Of a stretch of DNA of 64,000 nucleotides, positions 1 through 15,289 are shown piece after piece (the first letter of the stretch is position 1; each line of letters opens with the position of its first letter). The translations under genes were made by a program, and so were the position numbers. A model generated the notes under the pieces. That model searched no databases, had not been told where the DNA came from, and was given only the letters and a program-made list of their open reading frames with translations. Origin of the DNA: the human T2T-CHM13v2.0 reference genome, Homo sapiens; the NCBI RefSeq assembly GCF_009914755.1, contig NC_060934.1. One strand, given 5' to 3'.

Positions 1-441
1 AATATATATCTAGAAAAAAATTTAACATTTGGTAATTCAGAGTGTTGGCTCCATAAATGTCTGTTCCATTAATCTCAGTGTTTGAAAATATTTAAAGAAT
101 ATTCAAATACTGTTTCTTTAAAAACTTTCTACCTACTCTGTGTGTGGGAAAGACTGGCCTGGCTTCTCATCCCAGGGTCCCCCGGTCATACTTGGGATCC
201 TGGATGCCACAGAGGGACTGGACAGAGAGTGCCCCCATAGCCCCCAAGTCCCCTGAGGTACAGTTCTCATACACCCTGGGTGACTGGCCTGGTCACCCAC
301 CCTCACAGACCCCCATCTGCCAGTAGATTGCACTAAACAGTGCTCTAGGCCCCTTTCTCCAGTCAATAAAGGGGAAGCCCAACGTTTCCTTCATTTGCTT
401 TCAACAGGCTGTCATATTCGCTTTTTGTTCACAAACATTTA

Positions 442-1032
<591 letters not shown>

Positions 1033-1444
1033 CTAAACACATGCAAAATATTACTACGGAACTCTAACCTGTAACTATCACTTCATCACTTCTGTTTCAT
1101 CCGTGTCAGCTCATAGAAAGGCATGTCTTTCAACTAAATATATTGGATATTGTTGGAAATACTAAAGCATAATTAACTTAGTCAAATTCCTACTGATAGT
1201 CTCTTGTTTCTGGTTCCCACCGTGGTTTCGGCAGTGTTGAATAATACCCTGTGAAATATTTTGGGAGGGTTTTACCATATTATTTCATCAGGTTATATTC
1301 CTGGAGGTGGAATTTCTGGGTGAAGGGTTATGAACATCTTACATTTCGCTTACATTGACACCCAGATTTTGCCAAATTGCCCTCTGGAGAGAGTGAATAA
1401 ATGAGTCCCCTCATATCCAATAGTGAGTGCTCACCACTTATCAC

Positions 1445-1640
1445 ATCCCATGCTAAGTGCTTTAAATGTGGTAACAGATTTCATTTTCCCAATAGTCCTG
1501 TGAGGTGTCCCCAACTTACAGATGAGAAAACTGGGCACAGAGAGGATTAATTCTTTGTCCAAGTTTTCCAGGCTGGTAAACAACAGAACAGGGATGAACA
1601 TTTAAGGAGTCTCGTACTGGATACCCACTCCTAACCACTG
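1445..1640 (-). mobile_element. MIR
   Basis: Antisense core ACAGATGAGAAAACTGGGCACAGAGAGG ... TAACCACTG. Confidence 0.75.
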
Positions 1641-1675
1641 TGTACCTCTATCAATAGTATATGAAAGCAGAAACG

Positions 1676-1850
1676 AGCTGTGATGCCTTGGCCCAGTGAT
1701 TAAAACCTTATCTATAACATGCAGGTAATTGTGGCACCTATTGCACAGAGTTGCTGTGGGAACCAAATGAGCTCATGTAACATCTTCAGCAGAGCACCCA
1801 GCACATCGACACACTAAAAAATGCGAGGAGGTGTTAGATCTTTTATTATT
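1676..1850 (+). mobile_element. MIR (degenerate)
   Basis: GCTGTGATGCCTTGG...ACAGAGTTGCTGTGGGAACCAAATGAG resembles the MIR core and 3' part. Confidence 0.6.
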
Positions 1851-2451
1851 TGTGAGACTGGACATTTTAAAGTTTTATTGTCTGTGATTCTTCAATGAAT
1901 TGCCTGTTTATATAATTTGCACATTTTTCATTGGATTTCTTAAATTTAACTTCCTTTTTTTGTACCAGGACAGACTAGTTTGTTTATCTAGGTAAGTCAA
2001 AAGCAGAAATAAGGGTTACAACTTCTCTTACCTTCCACCACGTCTCTGGGCAGGCACACTGCATCTAACCACCGTGCACACCCTTAATCGCTGCTTGCTG
2101 GTGCCTGACATCCCTTCACAGTCACTGCCAACGGCCCGTTTCCATGTGTAAACTGATGGATGATGTGGCTGGCTGTCTGTCTGACATGCTGACTCCCAAG
2201 GCCAAAGTCTTTGCTCTCCCCTGCTTAGTGCAGACTTTAGATGGAAACCTGCCCACAGCACTAACTTTGCCCGCATTCAGGATACAACCTATTGGTCTGG
2301 AGACACAAGATTTAATCTGGAGACAGACTGCTTCCCATTGAGTCTCGGCCCAGTGCAAGTTCTGGGAAGGAACGTCTTTGTATATATGAGGGACGTATGC
2401 TGCCTTTTTAGGAAACAACAGTTGATATCAGAGGGGACTTCGTAAAGGCAT

Positions 2452-2635
2452 GTGTCTCTCTCCATCTCTGTCTCCATCTATGCATATTTCTAACCATCTC
2501 TCTATGTCTCTGTCTGTCTCTCTCTCTCTCTCTTTGAGTTTCTTCCTCTCTGTCTACTTCTCTGACTTTATATTTCTCTCCTCCATTTGGCCCTACTTTG
2601 TTTTAGTCTTTGCCTCTCTCCTTTCTTCCTTCTTT
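2452..2635. repeat. CT-rich low-complexity region
   Basis: TCTC/TGTC runs. Confidence 0.75.
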
Positions 2636-3183
2636 CAAGGAATGCATTAAAGATAATTTTTAAAAACAAAGATACCTCTGAGTAGCAAAGAGTCTGCTTC
2701 ACTGCATGAGAATTCTGATTCAACATTAAATGTATACCAGTATCTACATGCCTACATGTTCTCATTCTATGTCAGTATTTTGATTTGACTTAATTAAATT
2801 TAACTTAACTCTCTTGAAATCCCAAAAAGTAAACATGATTATCTCCCATCTCATTGGTTCAGAAAGTTAGGGAGTTTCAGAAGCTTATTCTAGTTTATCA
2901 GCAATGGAGCCACAGTTTACACCCAGATGTTTCTAGATCCCAAGCCCGAAGCTCCTTCTGCCATGACCCTTCCTATTCTCCTTTAGCCCAGAAGCATTTG
3001 TAAGTTGCAGCTGGAATGAGACAAACAAGATCATTGCTCACTACCAGATCAAAGTGAGAAACATCATCTGTGTAAAGGGACAGAGTTATGTTTTAGGGAT
3101 CAAGCCCCAGTGGGCTAAGGCTCCCCCAGTTTCCTGCCCACTGAGGCTCCCCCGGGCCAGAGACCCCCGCAGTCCCCACTTAC

Positions 3184-3226
3184 CCAGGAGGAAGAGGATC
3201 CTCAGCATGCTGACCCCCAAGTTCAT
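3184..3226 (-). CDS. TMEM273: TMEM273 (C10orf128) first coding exon, signal-peptide-like N-terminus MNLGVSMLRILFLL + 1 nt
   Basis: The minus strand reads GCCAGC-ATG (A at -3), then 14 codons + G, then the donor CTGG|GTAAGT (GT at 3183-3182). The peptide matches my recollection of the human TMEM273 N-terminus MNLGVSMLRILFLLD..., and phase 1 fits a following Asp codon. Exon 2 is not in the window. Confidence 0.9.
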
Positions 3227-3700
3227 GCTGGCGCTCTGCTCTTGGCTCCTGGCTCCTGGCTGCTGGCAGCGCAGGCACAATGAGCCATGTGACCCAAGGC
3301 TCTGGGGACAGGACAAGACCCACGTGACTGATGGGGAAGGAAACCACTGTCACAGCCAGGAGGCTGTTCAGTTCCTCTCAGCCTCTCTGAAGACAGGGCT
3401 GAAGGAAGCCCCTGTCATTCTGGACTCCACCAGAAGCTGGCTGTGATTAGACCCATTGTACATGCTGGGGTATTATACCCAGTGTTCTCTCCTATAATCT
3501 TCCCCACAGAGTGTGGGAACAAAGCTCGGTAAGGTGCGGTTTCTTGCCTAATGACCCATGCTAGTAAGTCTCAGAGAGGAATGTGGGCAAAGCCGGTCTG
3601 CCCTGCAGTCCAGCCCTTGCAGTAGCCTCTGCCTTGGAGCAGAAATAGGAAATGCCCCTCCAGCCAATAGTCCAGCTCGGTCACTGTTTTTGTGCCATGG
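3227..3700 (-). promoter_or_regulatory. TMEM273: TMEM273 5'UTR / proximal promoter (non-CpG-island)
   Basis: Lies immediately upstream of the ATG. Contains a GTCACGTGG E-box (USF/MiT-TFE type, minus strand ~3320-3328), a RUNX-like TGCGGT at ~3535 and ETS-like AGGAA cores. The TSS cannot be determined from sequence. Confidence 0.6.
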
Positions 3701-4145
3701 GAGCCTCTGAGTCTAGGAATGCCTATCACTCTCTTCTCAGAATAAGATTTTTAAATCCCCAAACTAAAATAGATAAGGATCATAGTAGAAATCAGTAGTA
3801 TTAACACACAGTTATCAAAATATTTTGTTAAACTTGTGAAGTAGAAATATACATGCTTATTTATCCACACAGTAAATAGCAAGATCTGGCAGCAGATGAA
3901 ACAGCTACCACCATCTCGACATGGTGATAAATGGAATCGATATTGAGAGATACCTGTAACAGCTGGAATGTGGATGGAAAGACCTGTGATTCCTACCAGA
4001 AATAAAGTTACTGGGTGGTAATGTTTCTGTGGTTCGTTTGCCACACTACTATTAGAAGAAGATGCTAAGTGTTCCTTAGAGGTTAGAGAACAGAGATGTA
4101 ATTTTTTTCCCATCCAAGTTTACAGGCCCCATGTCCAGGTCCTTA
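3680..4145 (+). mobile_element. hAT-Charlie DNA transposon remnant (MER119-like)
   Basis: TTTTTGTGCCATGG...CTTCTCAGAATAA...CAGTTATCAAAATATT...AGAGGTTAG...GATGTAATTTTTTTCCCATCCAAGTT matches a recalled consensus. Confidence 0.6.
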
Positions 4146-5529
4146 GCCTGGAGGAACTTTGGTAGTCACACAGGCTCAGCCAGCAGGCTGAAGGCCTTAT
4201 GCTCCTGTACTCCTTTATACCTGCACGTTGTCACAATGCTTAGATGTTCAGCCAAAAACCCAAATGTGCAGGAAATGTCACTTTTTAAAATATAAATCAA
4301 CTTAATGACAAGTCTTGAGTCCCCCACCCAACTGAGCTGGCAGAAATCGAGCTCTTTTCATTCTTGGGCTCCCTCAGTCAAATCCCTAACGGTAGCAGCC
4401 AACACCGTGAGCACTTGCTACTGAGCCCAATGCCATCTTAGCATGCAACCTGTCCAAGTCCACGCAGCAGTAAATGTGAGAGCTGGACTCGAAACCCAGG
4501 CCTTTGGCTGGCAGCCTATGCCCCTTAGGCTGCATGTGCCCTCTGTGTACAGGTACCATCCCCTGCCAAGGTCCAGCCAGAGGCAGTCCGATTGCCCTGG
4601 TGCCACAGATGCCCCCTGGGTTCTTCTGCATGGCTGCTGTGGCTCCTTCTGAGTTTCACATAAATAATGGACATGAGAGGAGAAGGCTGGTCATGAGAGA
4701 AGCAATTGGCTTCATCTGGGTGCCTTCAAGTTCCATCTGTCCACACTTTATTCATTTGATGAAATTAAGATCAGTTTCTACCTGCACCAAGAAACATACT
4801 CTCTTATTTCTCCTGGAATATGTGGAGTTTTCTTAATTTTGCCCCAGTTCATGGGAACATGTGTAAGAAAAATATTTCACTTTCCTCTAAGTGTATTGAA
4901 AGAAAATGCCAGTGCAGACCTGACAATCTGTAGACAGTGGCTGGGGACGGTGGAGCTACATTCAGGCCAGGCCCAGGGCTTCCAGCCACACCAGGCAGTT
5001 CTGTTTTTATATGAAATCAATAAGTTTCAAATGTCGGCAACTGATTTCAAAATACTTTCGCATGGGATGAGTCAACCTAAACACCAGCATGAACTTCTGC
5101 TCCCAAACACCTCTCCAAACATCCTTGGGAGCTCGACCTGTCCTACATACTCCCAGGAGGGGAAGCATCTGCAGCTACTTCTGCTTTCACTCTGCCGTAG
5201 CCTCCGAGTCTGGAAAATGCAGTCTGCTCCCTGCTTAGACAGGCAGAGGCTCAAAACGCCCCGTAAACTAGAATCTCACGAGATGCCCTGGCACCCAGCC
5301 ACGGCACCTTGGCAAGATGGTGTGTGTCTTGTTGGCGTGGCACAATGCACCCAGAAGAGCGGATGCCCCACCCTGTACCCCTGTAATGAACGCCCAGTTC
5401 TGACCGTGAGGCTGCTCCTGGCACTGGCTCACACTGGCCCAGGAGCTTGTGAGGGCAGGGCCCAGGGCACCTGGCCTAGCACCTGACACAGTGCAGGCTC
5501 CTAGCGGTGTTTGTTGAATGAAGAATTCA

Positions 5530-5681
<152 letters not shown>

Positions 5682-5989
5682 TCACTTTCTTATCTCATGC
5701 TCAGCCGGCCTAGCCTCCAGCCCACCTGGCAGGAATATTTTCCAGGTCATCTAGGTGAGGAAGGTCACTGCACTGACAAGCAGAAAAGAATGAGCCCCAC
5801 TCCGGCAGCTCTGACATCCTGCCCCTCACTCGGATGTGGGGCCTCTTCCAAGGCCACCAAGCCTGGGACTCTTCTGTCCTTAGCACTGCACCCTCAGGAC
5901 CAGCCAGGGAGCTCGTAGAATTCATGTCTCATGTGAACGCCTTTAGTGCAAGTCACAAAAAACTGCCAAACACCATCATTACGCATCAG

Positions 5990-7123
5990 ATTTTTACAAA
6001 TTTAAAGATAGGGAGGATTCAGCACGCAGATTTGTTTATTGGCCTTACATAGAACTGTGCACCCAACAATTAGAAAATAGCCATTCAATTCAGCATGCAT
6101 GCAACATTTATACCCCAAAACGGTCTCACACTGGGCCATAATACAAGTCTCAAAAATTTCAAAGAAAAGGTGACATATAGACCATATTTTCTTACCACAA
6201 GGTAATTGAATTAAACGACAGTAACAAAAATACATGATAGAAATTTCCATTGGTTTGGAAATTTTAAAACATTTCTAAGTAACTCATAGATCAAAGAAAA
6301 AATTACAGTGAAAATTACAAATAGCTGGAACTGAATGATAATGAAAATGTTGCACATGTGATTTTGTAGAATGCAAGCCGGGTAATAATTAAAAGGAAAT
6401 GCATAGATGTAAATACTTAGAAAAGAAGAACTGAAAAAGGAATGAGATAAGCAACCAGTCAGAGAAGTTTGAAAAAATTATAAGCCCAGAAAAAAGGCAG
6501 AAGAAAGGAAGCAATAAATATGAGAGCAAAAATGAATGAACCAGAAGCAAGCAAAGATACAATGGGGAGGATAAACACATCTTAAAAGTTTTTTCTGAAA
6601 AAACTAATAATATGAAAAATTCCTCACAGAATGGATTTAAAAAGAGAGAAGACAAAAATAAATAATATTAAGAATAAATAAGTCCAAAAAGGTAGCAATA
6701 ATGGCATTATTTGCAATCTTATGCCAATGAATTTGAAAACTTTGATGAAATGGACACAATCTCAGGAAAGTGTAACTTACTGAAATGTGCTAGACAAAAA
6801 CAGCAAGACAGAAGGGTCCTGATGCCTTTCAAAAGATTGAATCAAATAGTTAAAAATCTTGCCACAAAGAAAATATCATTCCAAACTATTTTACAGAATT
6901 TTACAAAAATTTTAGAAACTTTAAGGACTAGGAAATTACAATATTAACAAACTAGTTCAGATAATAGAAATAAAATGAGTATTTTCTGACTGTTCTGTGG
7001 GTCTAGGATAATCTTTTTACCCAAACCAGGCAAGAAGAAAGCAAGAAAATAAAAGTATATCCCAATCTCACTAAATAACATAGAGGCCAAAATCCTTTTA
7101 AAAATTACCAAATCAAATGTAAT

Positions 7124-7195
<72 letters not shown>

Positions 7196-8800
7196 ATAAA
7201 CTACTATGACCAAGTCATTCACCACTTTAATGGATTAAAACAGAAAATAAGTTAAATTAGCTAATACGTACAGAAAAGCATTTGATAAAATCCATCATGC
7301 ATTCATGATAAAAACTCCTAATAAACTAGAAATAGATAAAAACTTTCTTGATCTAATGAAAAGATATCTGCTAAAATATAACAGCAAGCGTCATCATTAT
7401 GGTGAACCACAAAGAGGCAATCTCTTTAAAATTAGGAACAAGATGCCCTTTATCACTATTTCTATTCAAAATTGTCTAAGGTTTCATTAGTACAATTTAA
7501 AAAAAAAAAAAAAAAAAGGAATACAAATAATGAGGATTGGGAAGGAAGAAAAATTTATATTCTTAGTTGATATGTTTGTCTACACAGAAAGCCTTTAAGA
7601 CTCCAGGACTAATTGTTAAAAATAATAATATGGCTGAATGCAAGGTCAGTATTTTTAAAAATCAATTTAATTTGTATATACTAGTAACAAAAAGAAAACA
7701 TGTTATTAAAAAATATAAAATTACACAACCACTATTCCATAATATATATGTATTTTAAAATAACAAGTACCTGATAAATACATACAATTTTGTTAATTAA
7801 ATAAATACATAAAAACTAATAGTAATAATTAGACCACATGACCAAAAATAATATATATATATACATATTTAAGGAATATAATAAATATATAATACATTTG
7901 TTTTAGATATATGAATAATGAATCTAACAAAAGTTGCTCAAGACACATGGAGAAAGCACTAGTGCATAGCATTAAAGAGGATCTAAGTAAACAAAAAGTG
8001 TGTCACCATGGATAGAAAAACTCAAAAATCCTTAAGTTGGGGATTTGTCTCGAATAAATCTGTGGTGTCAATACCATCTTCCACTCAACTTCATTAGTAG
8101 TCAGAGGAATGAAAATGAAGGCCACAGTGAGACACCATTTTACACTTCCAGATTGGCAATAATCAAAATCTTGGGTAATATTAAACGTAAGTGAGAATGT
8201 GAAAAAATATGGTGTAATATCGCAATTTTCTATTCTTTGGTAAAGTTGAAGATTAGTGTATCCTGTGATTCAACAGTACTCCTCCTGAACATATACCCAG
8301 GGACTCTCTCACACATGTACATTCAGAAACACAGAAAAGAATGTTCATAGAGCATAATTGGTCACAGCAAAAAAGACCTTGGAGGAACCATGAAATCTAT
8401 CAACAGGAAAATGGATAAATAATTTATGATACATTTTTATAATGGAATAGCATATAGCTATAAAATGAATAAATGACAGCAACCTAGGACAATTTGGGTA
8501 AGTCTTAGAAACAATATTGTATGAAAAATCAAATTGTGAAAGAGTATAACCAGAATGATATTAATTTTATGAAGCACAGTACCAAGCAAAACTATACAAT
8601 AAAGAACCTAAAGATACCTATATATTCTTCATTAAACAGTATTTTTAAAAATCTAGAAAATGATAAACACAACATTCTGGAGAGATTAATCTCTCAGAGC
8701 AAGGCAGAGGGAGGGGAGAGGAAGGAACAGACAGTAAGATGCAGAGGTAATGGTCTGGCTCTTTAATCGTGAGGTAGGTGCATGGGTATTTGTTTTGTTA
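5990..8800 (+). mobile_element. Ancient L1M (L1ME-like) ORF2 and 3' fragments
   Basis: A-rich, with decayed ORF2 motifs (YANEFENFDEMD ~6720; AGAAAAGCATTTGATAAAATCC ~7272) and L1M 3'UTR-like sequence at 8100-8800. Confidence 0.75.
7127..7196. repeat. (TA)n(GA)n compound microsatellite
   Basis: Read directly. Confidence 0.95.
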
Positions 8801-9442
8801 GTAGGAAGGTCAGACTCTGAGTTTTTCCTTAAGTCCTGGTTTATGCCCACTATCTTAGTACAATTATAATAGCATCACATTTCACTCTCAAAGGTTTGGC
8901 AAAGGTCCTTATTCAAAACCTACATATACTATGGAGAATTTGATGTTTATTGAAGATTGCATAATTAAGAAGTAACTAAAACAAATATTAAAGCCAGCAA
9001 GGTTGTGTTGATAGACATTGTAACGGTTTCATGCATTCTAGCAATTAGCAATTCTAGCTTTAAAAATTTACCCCAATTTTGATCCATTAATTCTACTTTA
9101 AGGAACATAGTTCAAGGAAATGATTGAACAAAAGTATATGGATGGATATTTAAGGATGCTCGCTACCGAATTATTTGAAATCGAAGGTCAAAACAACAAG
9201 TGAAAGACAGGAAACGACCAAAATTGGCACACATCTGACACAATGGTAACCAAGCAGAAGGGTGTTCACCAGGAAATGAGAGTTCCTTTCTCATTACCAC
9301 CTCGCCTGACTTTCAGTAAGCAAATGGGTGTGGATACCTGCTTCTAGGGAAAGAAGAAAGCTGAAGATTGGAAGCAGACATGGTCAGTGGCTGCAGCCCA
9401 TCTGTGCAAGAACTTTTGCAATTAAAGAACAGGGTTACCTTG

Positions 9443-9812
9443 TGTATTAGCTCATTCTCATGCTGCTGATAAAGACATACCCGAGACTGGGTAATTTATA
9501 GAGGAAAGAGGTTTAATTGACTCACAGTTCAGGATGGCTGGGGAGGCCGCAGGAAACTTATCATTATGGCAGAAGGGGAAGCAAACACGTCCTTCTTCAC
9601 ATGGCAACAGCAAGAAGTGCAGAGCAAAGGCAGGGAAAAGCTACTTATGAAAGCATCAGATCTTGTGAGAACTCAGTATCACAAGAACAGCATGGAGGTA
9701 ACCACCCCCATGATTCAATTACCTCCCACCAAGTCCCTTCCATGGCACATGGGGATTATGTGAACTACAATACAAGATGAGATTTGGGTGGGGACACAGC
9801 CAAACCATATCA
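9443..9812 (-). mobile_element. THE1 (THE1C-like) MaLR solo LTR
   Basis: TGTATTAG...CCAAACCATATCA termini and a 5-bp TSD CCTTG / CCTCG. Confidence 0.9.
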
Positions 9813-10833
9813 CCTCGGCCCATAGTTAGCAGAAGATATGAGTTAAAATAAGAATATGTGTGCATTTAGGGGGAGTCTAGAGGGAATCTTACACATAAAT
9901 ATAACCCAATTTTACCATAAATACATATGTATATGTTGCTGTTTTAATACTCTTTCCTGATTATAAAAATTCTCTCTTAGCTTTTACATACACCTGGCTT
10001 CATTTCTTTCCCTATCTCTGTATGGCTATGCACACTTCTGTTGCTAACCCAAGAATAATACTGTGGTTCTAAATTTTCCCAAATATGTCCAGGTCATGGT
10101 AAAAAGTATAAAGTCCATTAAGTACTAATGTAAATTTCATTATTAACATAATCAGTCTTGAAATAATGAAATCACCAAAACCTAAGGGCAACTTTCATCC
10201 TCAATTTTTTTCCAATGCCTCATAGGAGCCAAGGAGCTGGTGAGCAACTGAATGGACTTTGGGAAAGCCATGGACAAAAGCCATGTTTGAAATACATAGG
10301 GTTAAAGCCCAGGAGACCTGGCCCAGGGGCTCCCAGCCAAGGAAACCAAGGCATGGTTTTCTGTGAGCCCAGCTCAAAGGGAGGCTGGAGGACAGAACAG
10401 CTCTTTCAATCTGGACATCTGATTTCATCCACATTTGGCCACCTGAAGGCTGTGTGAAATTAGGAAACTATGGCCCATACAGTATTTTCCTCACTGTTGA
10501 AAAGAGGACCTTCATTCTCAGCCCCATTGAGTTTGAAGAACAGCAAAAATACCAAGCCACCCAGAGGCCTTGTTTCTTTATCTCAACCGTGAGTAAAGGA
10601 GGTCCTGATATCTGGTCATCTTATATCATGCAGGAAGCATCTTGAGAACACTACCAAATATTGGGGGTCTCACAACCCCACCTCATTTTCTCAGGAGTAA
10701 TAAACATGTTTCTTGGCTTCTCTGCCTAGGAAATGAGCCTCAAGTCAATGACAAATTCTCAATTTGGATGTGATTCAGCTCTGGAATCACAAGAATTAAA
10801 TATAGACAACAATTTACTTTGTATTAAAAAGTT

Positions 10834-11275
10834 ATTGTGGCACTATTCACAATAGCAAAGACTTGGAACCAACCCAAATGTCCATCAATGATAGCCTGGA
10901 TTAAGTAAATGTGGCACATATACACCATGGAATACTATGCAGCCATAAAAAGGATGAGTTTATGTCCTTTGTAGGGACATGGATGAAGCCGGAAACCATC
11001 ATTTTCAGCAAACTATCACAGGGACAGAGAACCGAGCACTGCATGTTCTCACTCATGGGTGGGAATTGAACAATGAGAACACTTGGACACAGGAGGGGGA
11101 ACATCTCACACCGGGCAGGGCCTGTTGTCGGGGAGGGATAGCATTAGGAGATATACCTAATATAAATGACGAGTTGATGGGTGCAGCACACCAACATGGC
11201 ACATGTATACATATGTAATAAACCTGCACGTTGTGCACATGTACCGTAGGACTTTAAGTATAATAAAAATAAAAA
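10834..11275 (+). mobile_element. 5'-truncated L1PA 3' end (approx. L1PA4-6)
   Basis: GCACTATTCACAATAGCAAAGACTTGGAACCAACCC...GCATTAGGAGATATACCTAA...TATAATAAAAATAAAAA. Confidence 0.9.
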
Positions 11276-11494
11276 GTGTCATCTTATAGGTAAAAATTCT
11301 GAAAATGCACCTACATGAAAAATCTCTTCTTACTTACACAATCTCAAAGACCTATCTACTTGGTTAATAGTCACACCAGGATATATTGTTTACTAAGTAG
11401 TAAGACTTGGGATGGAAAAGAAGAAACAAATGTTGGAGAGAGAAACAGTCTTGGGGTTAAGTGAGGCTTTTGAAAAAGAAATTCAGAGTCAGCT

Positions 11495-11700
11495 GTAAGG
11501 TAGTGATTAAGAGCATAGACTCAGGGGCCAGATGACTTTGACCCTAGACCTGACCTTTGTCTTTGTTTCTTCATTTGTAAAAGAGAGATGAAAATGTGTT
11601 CATAGGGTTGTTATGAGGATAAAGTGAATTAATTGTTCTGAACATTGACTAACACATAGTAAATTTAAGTGTGTGTTGTCAATGCTATTGTTGTTGTTTT
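11495..11700 (+). mobile_element. MIR
   Basis: GTAGTGATTAAGAGCATAGACTC...TTTCTTCATTTGTAAAA...ATAGGGTTGTTATGAGGAT. Confidence 0.7.
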
Positions 11701-12509
11701 TTGCAATGTTGATTTACAAAAATGAGCTCAATTTTGAGTGACCTATAAGATGAATGCTACAAATCTATACTGGGAGATATAATGGATGACTTAAATAAAT
11801 GGAGACTTATCACAGGTTCCTGAATGGACAGGCATAGGGTCCCTGGTAGATCAGCACAGGGCTTCTCTCTGAAAAGTGAGAAAATGGATGAAGCCCTAGG
11901 ATCTAAACTGAAAACCGTGAGAAACTCTTGAGGAGACAGAGGCAGCGGGGCATCAGTGTGCGTGGTAGGAATTGGCAGCCAGGAGCAGAAGAGGCCGGGC
12001 ACCCTGCACCAGGTTCAGGCTTGTGGGAAGCCCTCTACTAGACCTACTCTCACCCCACTTGCCTGGATGAAGCAAAAGAATAGCAGGGCAGCCCAATGCT
12101 AGGTGGAGGTGACGTGTTCACAGCAGGTAGACACCAGAGTAGAGGAGACCAATACCAACAAGTGAAAGCCAACCGGCCAGCCCCTGAGCCTTTTCTGACA
12201 CTGCCTCCATCTTGCCACACTCTCAGGGCACGCATGTCCACAGTGTTGCTGTGAAGAAATAATAACTGAGAGCAGGGCCACGTGGAGTTTCTGAGCAGCC
12301 CCATGAAAAGAGATAAACTTTAAGGCTTAGGGGGTGGGCTTAGGTGTCCAAATAAGAAGTGTCTGAACCCAGATCCTAAAACCAGAGGAATGACACTCAA
12401 CATGCTCTCAACTCCCTTAACAAGGCACCCGTGGAGCCGGGACAGTGCTGGTCCTCCAGTGCTGGTCACCAACCAGCATAGCTGATGGTCCTAAAATAAT
12501 ATGAGTTCA

Positions 12510-14120
<1,611 letters not shown>

Positions 14121-14129
14121 TAAAATAAA

Positions 14130-14439
14130 TATGAATGGAAAGAATATTTTTGTGTCTTTGGAGTAGACAAAGAATTCCTAAGTAAGATCTAAAATACATA
14201 ACAGAGAAAACTGATAAATTGCACCTCATTAAAATTAAGAAATTTTGTGCATCAAGAAACATCATTAAGAGTAAAAATACAACCTAGAGTGGGAGAAGGC
14301 ATTTATAATGCATGTATTTGACCCAGGCCTCATCTCCAGAATATACATGTATAGGGAGACTATAGCAAATATTCCCTGGAATCAATAAAACAAGACAAGC
14401 AACTCAATAGAAAAATGGGCAGAGCACTTGAGGAGGCAC

Positions 14440-14483
<44 letters not shown>

Positions 14484-15280
14484 GACATCCAAATGACCAA
14501 AAAATATATGAAAAGGTGCTCAATTACATTTTTTAGCAGGGAAATGCAAATTAAAATTACAATATGATGCTGCTGTATACCTACCAGAAGAGCTAAAAGG
14601 ATAAAAACAGAAAATTCCAATGGTTGGTGAAAATATCAAGCAAACAGATCCCTCATATACTGCTGGTAGGAGGGTAAATTGGTACAATCACTAAAATATT
14701 TGGCAATATCAATGAAGGTTAAATACGCACACACACACCCACACACACACACACACACACTCTGACCCAGCAATTCCACTTCTATGCATATACCCAAGAG
14801 AAATACGTGCATGTGTATGTTCACCAGAAGAAAGGTATTAGAATGTTCATAGCCCAAACAGAAATAGCAAAAATCTGGAAACCATCACAATGCCTAATAA
14901 TTAAGTAGGTAAACAATTATATATTTACACAATCGAATTCTATACAGTAATAAACAGGCACAACCAACATCTTTATACAACAACATAGGTGGGTCTCACT
15001 AATATAATACTGTATAAGCAAAAGAAGTCAGATATGTTACATAAAGTACAAAAGGAGGTCAAATTAATTTCTGCACTGAAAAGCCAGGATAGGATTTCTG
15101 CTGGGGTGGGAGTGATTGAGAGGGAGCACAGGGGATCTGGGTTGCTGGTAATGAACTGGGAGCTTTACACAGTGTACTCTTTTGTGAAAATTCTTCTGAT
15201 ATGTACCCGTATGTATACATTCCCTGCATGTATATTGAATATACATTCCCTGCATGTGTACTGAACTTCAATAAAAATTG
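14130..15280 (+). mobile_element. L1M (L1ME-like) ORF2 3' end and 3'UTR, containing (CA)n at 14443-14480 and ~14729-14760
   Basis: AGGGAAATGCAAATTAAAA, GACCCAGCAATTCCACTTCTA and terminal CTTCAATAAAAA. Confidence 0.75.
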
Positions 15281-15289
15281 AAGTATGTA

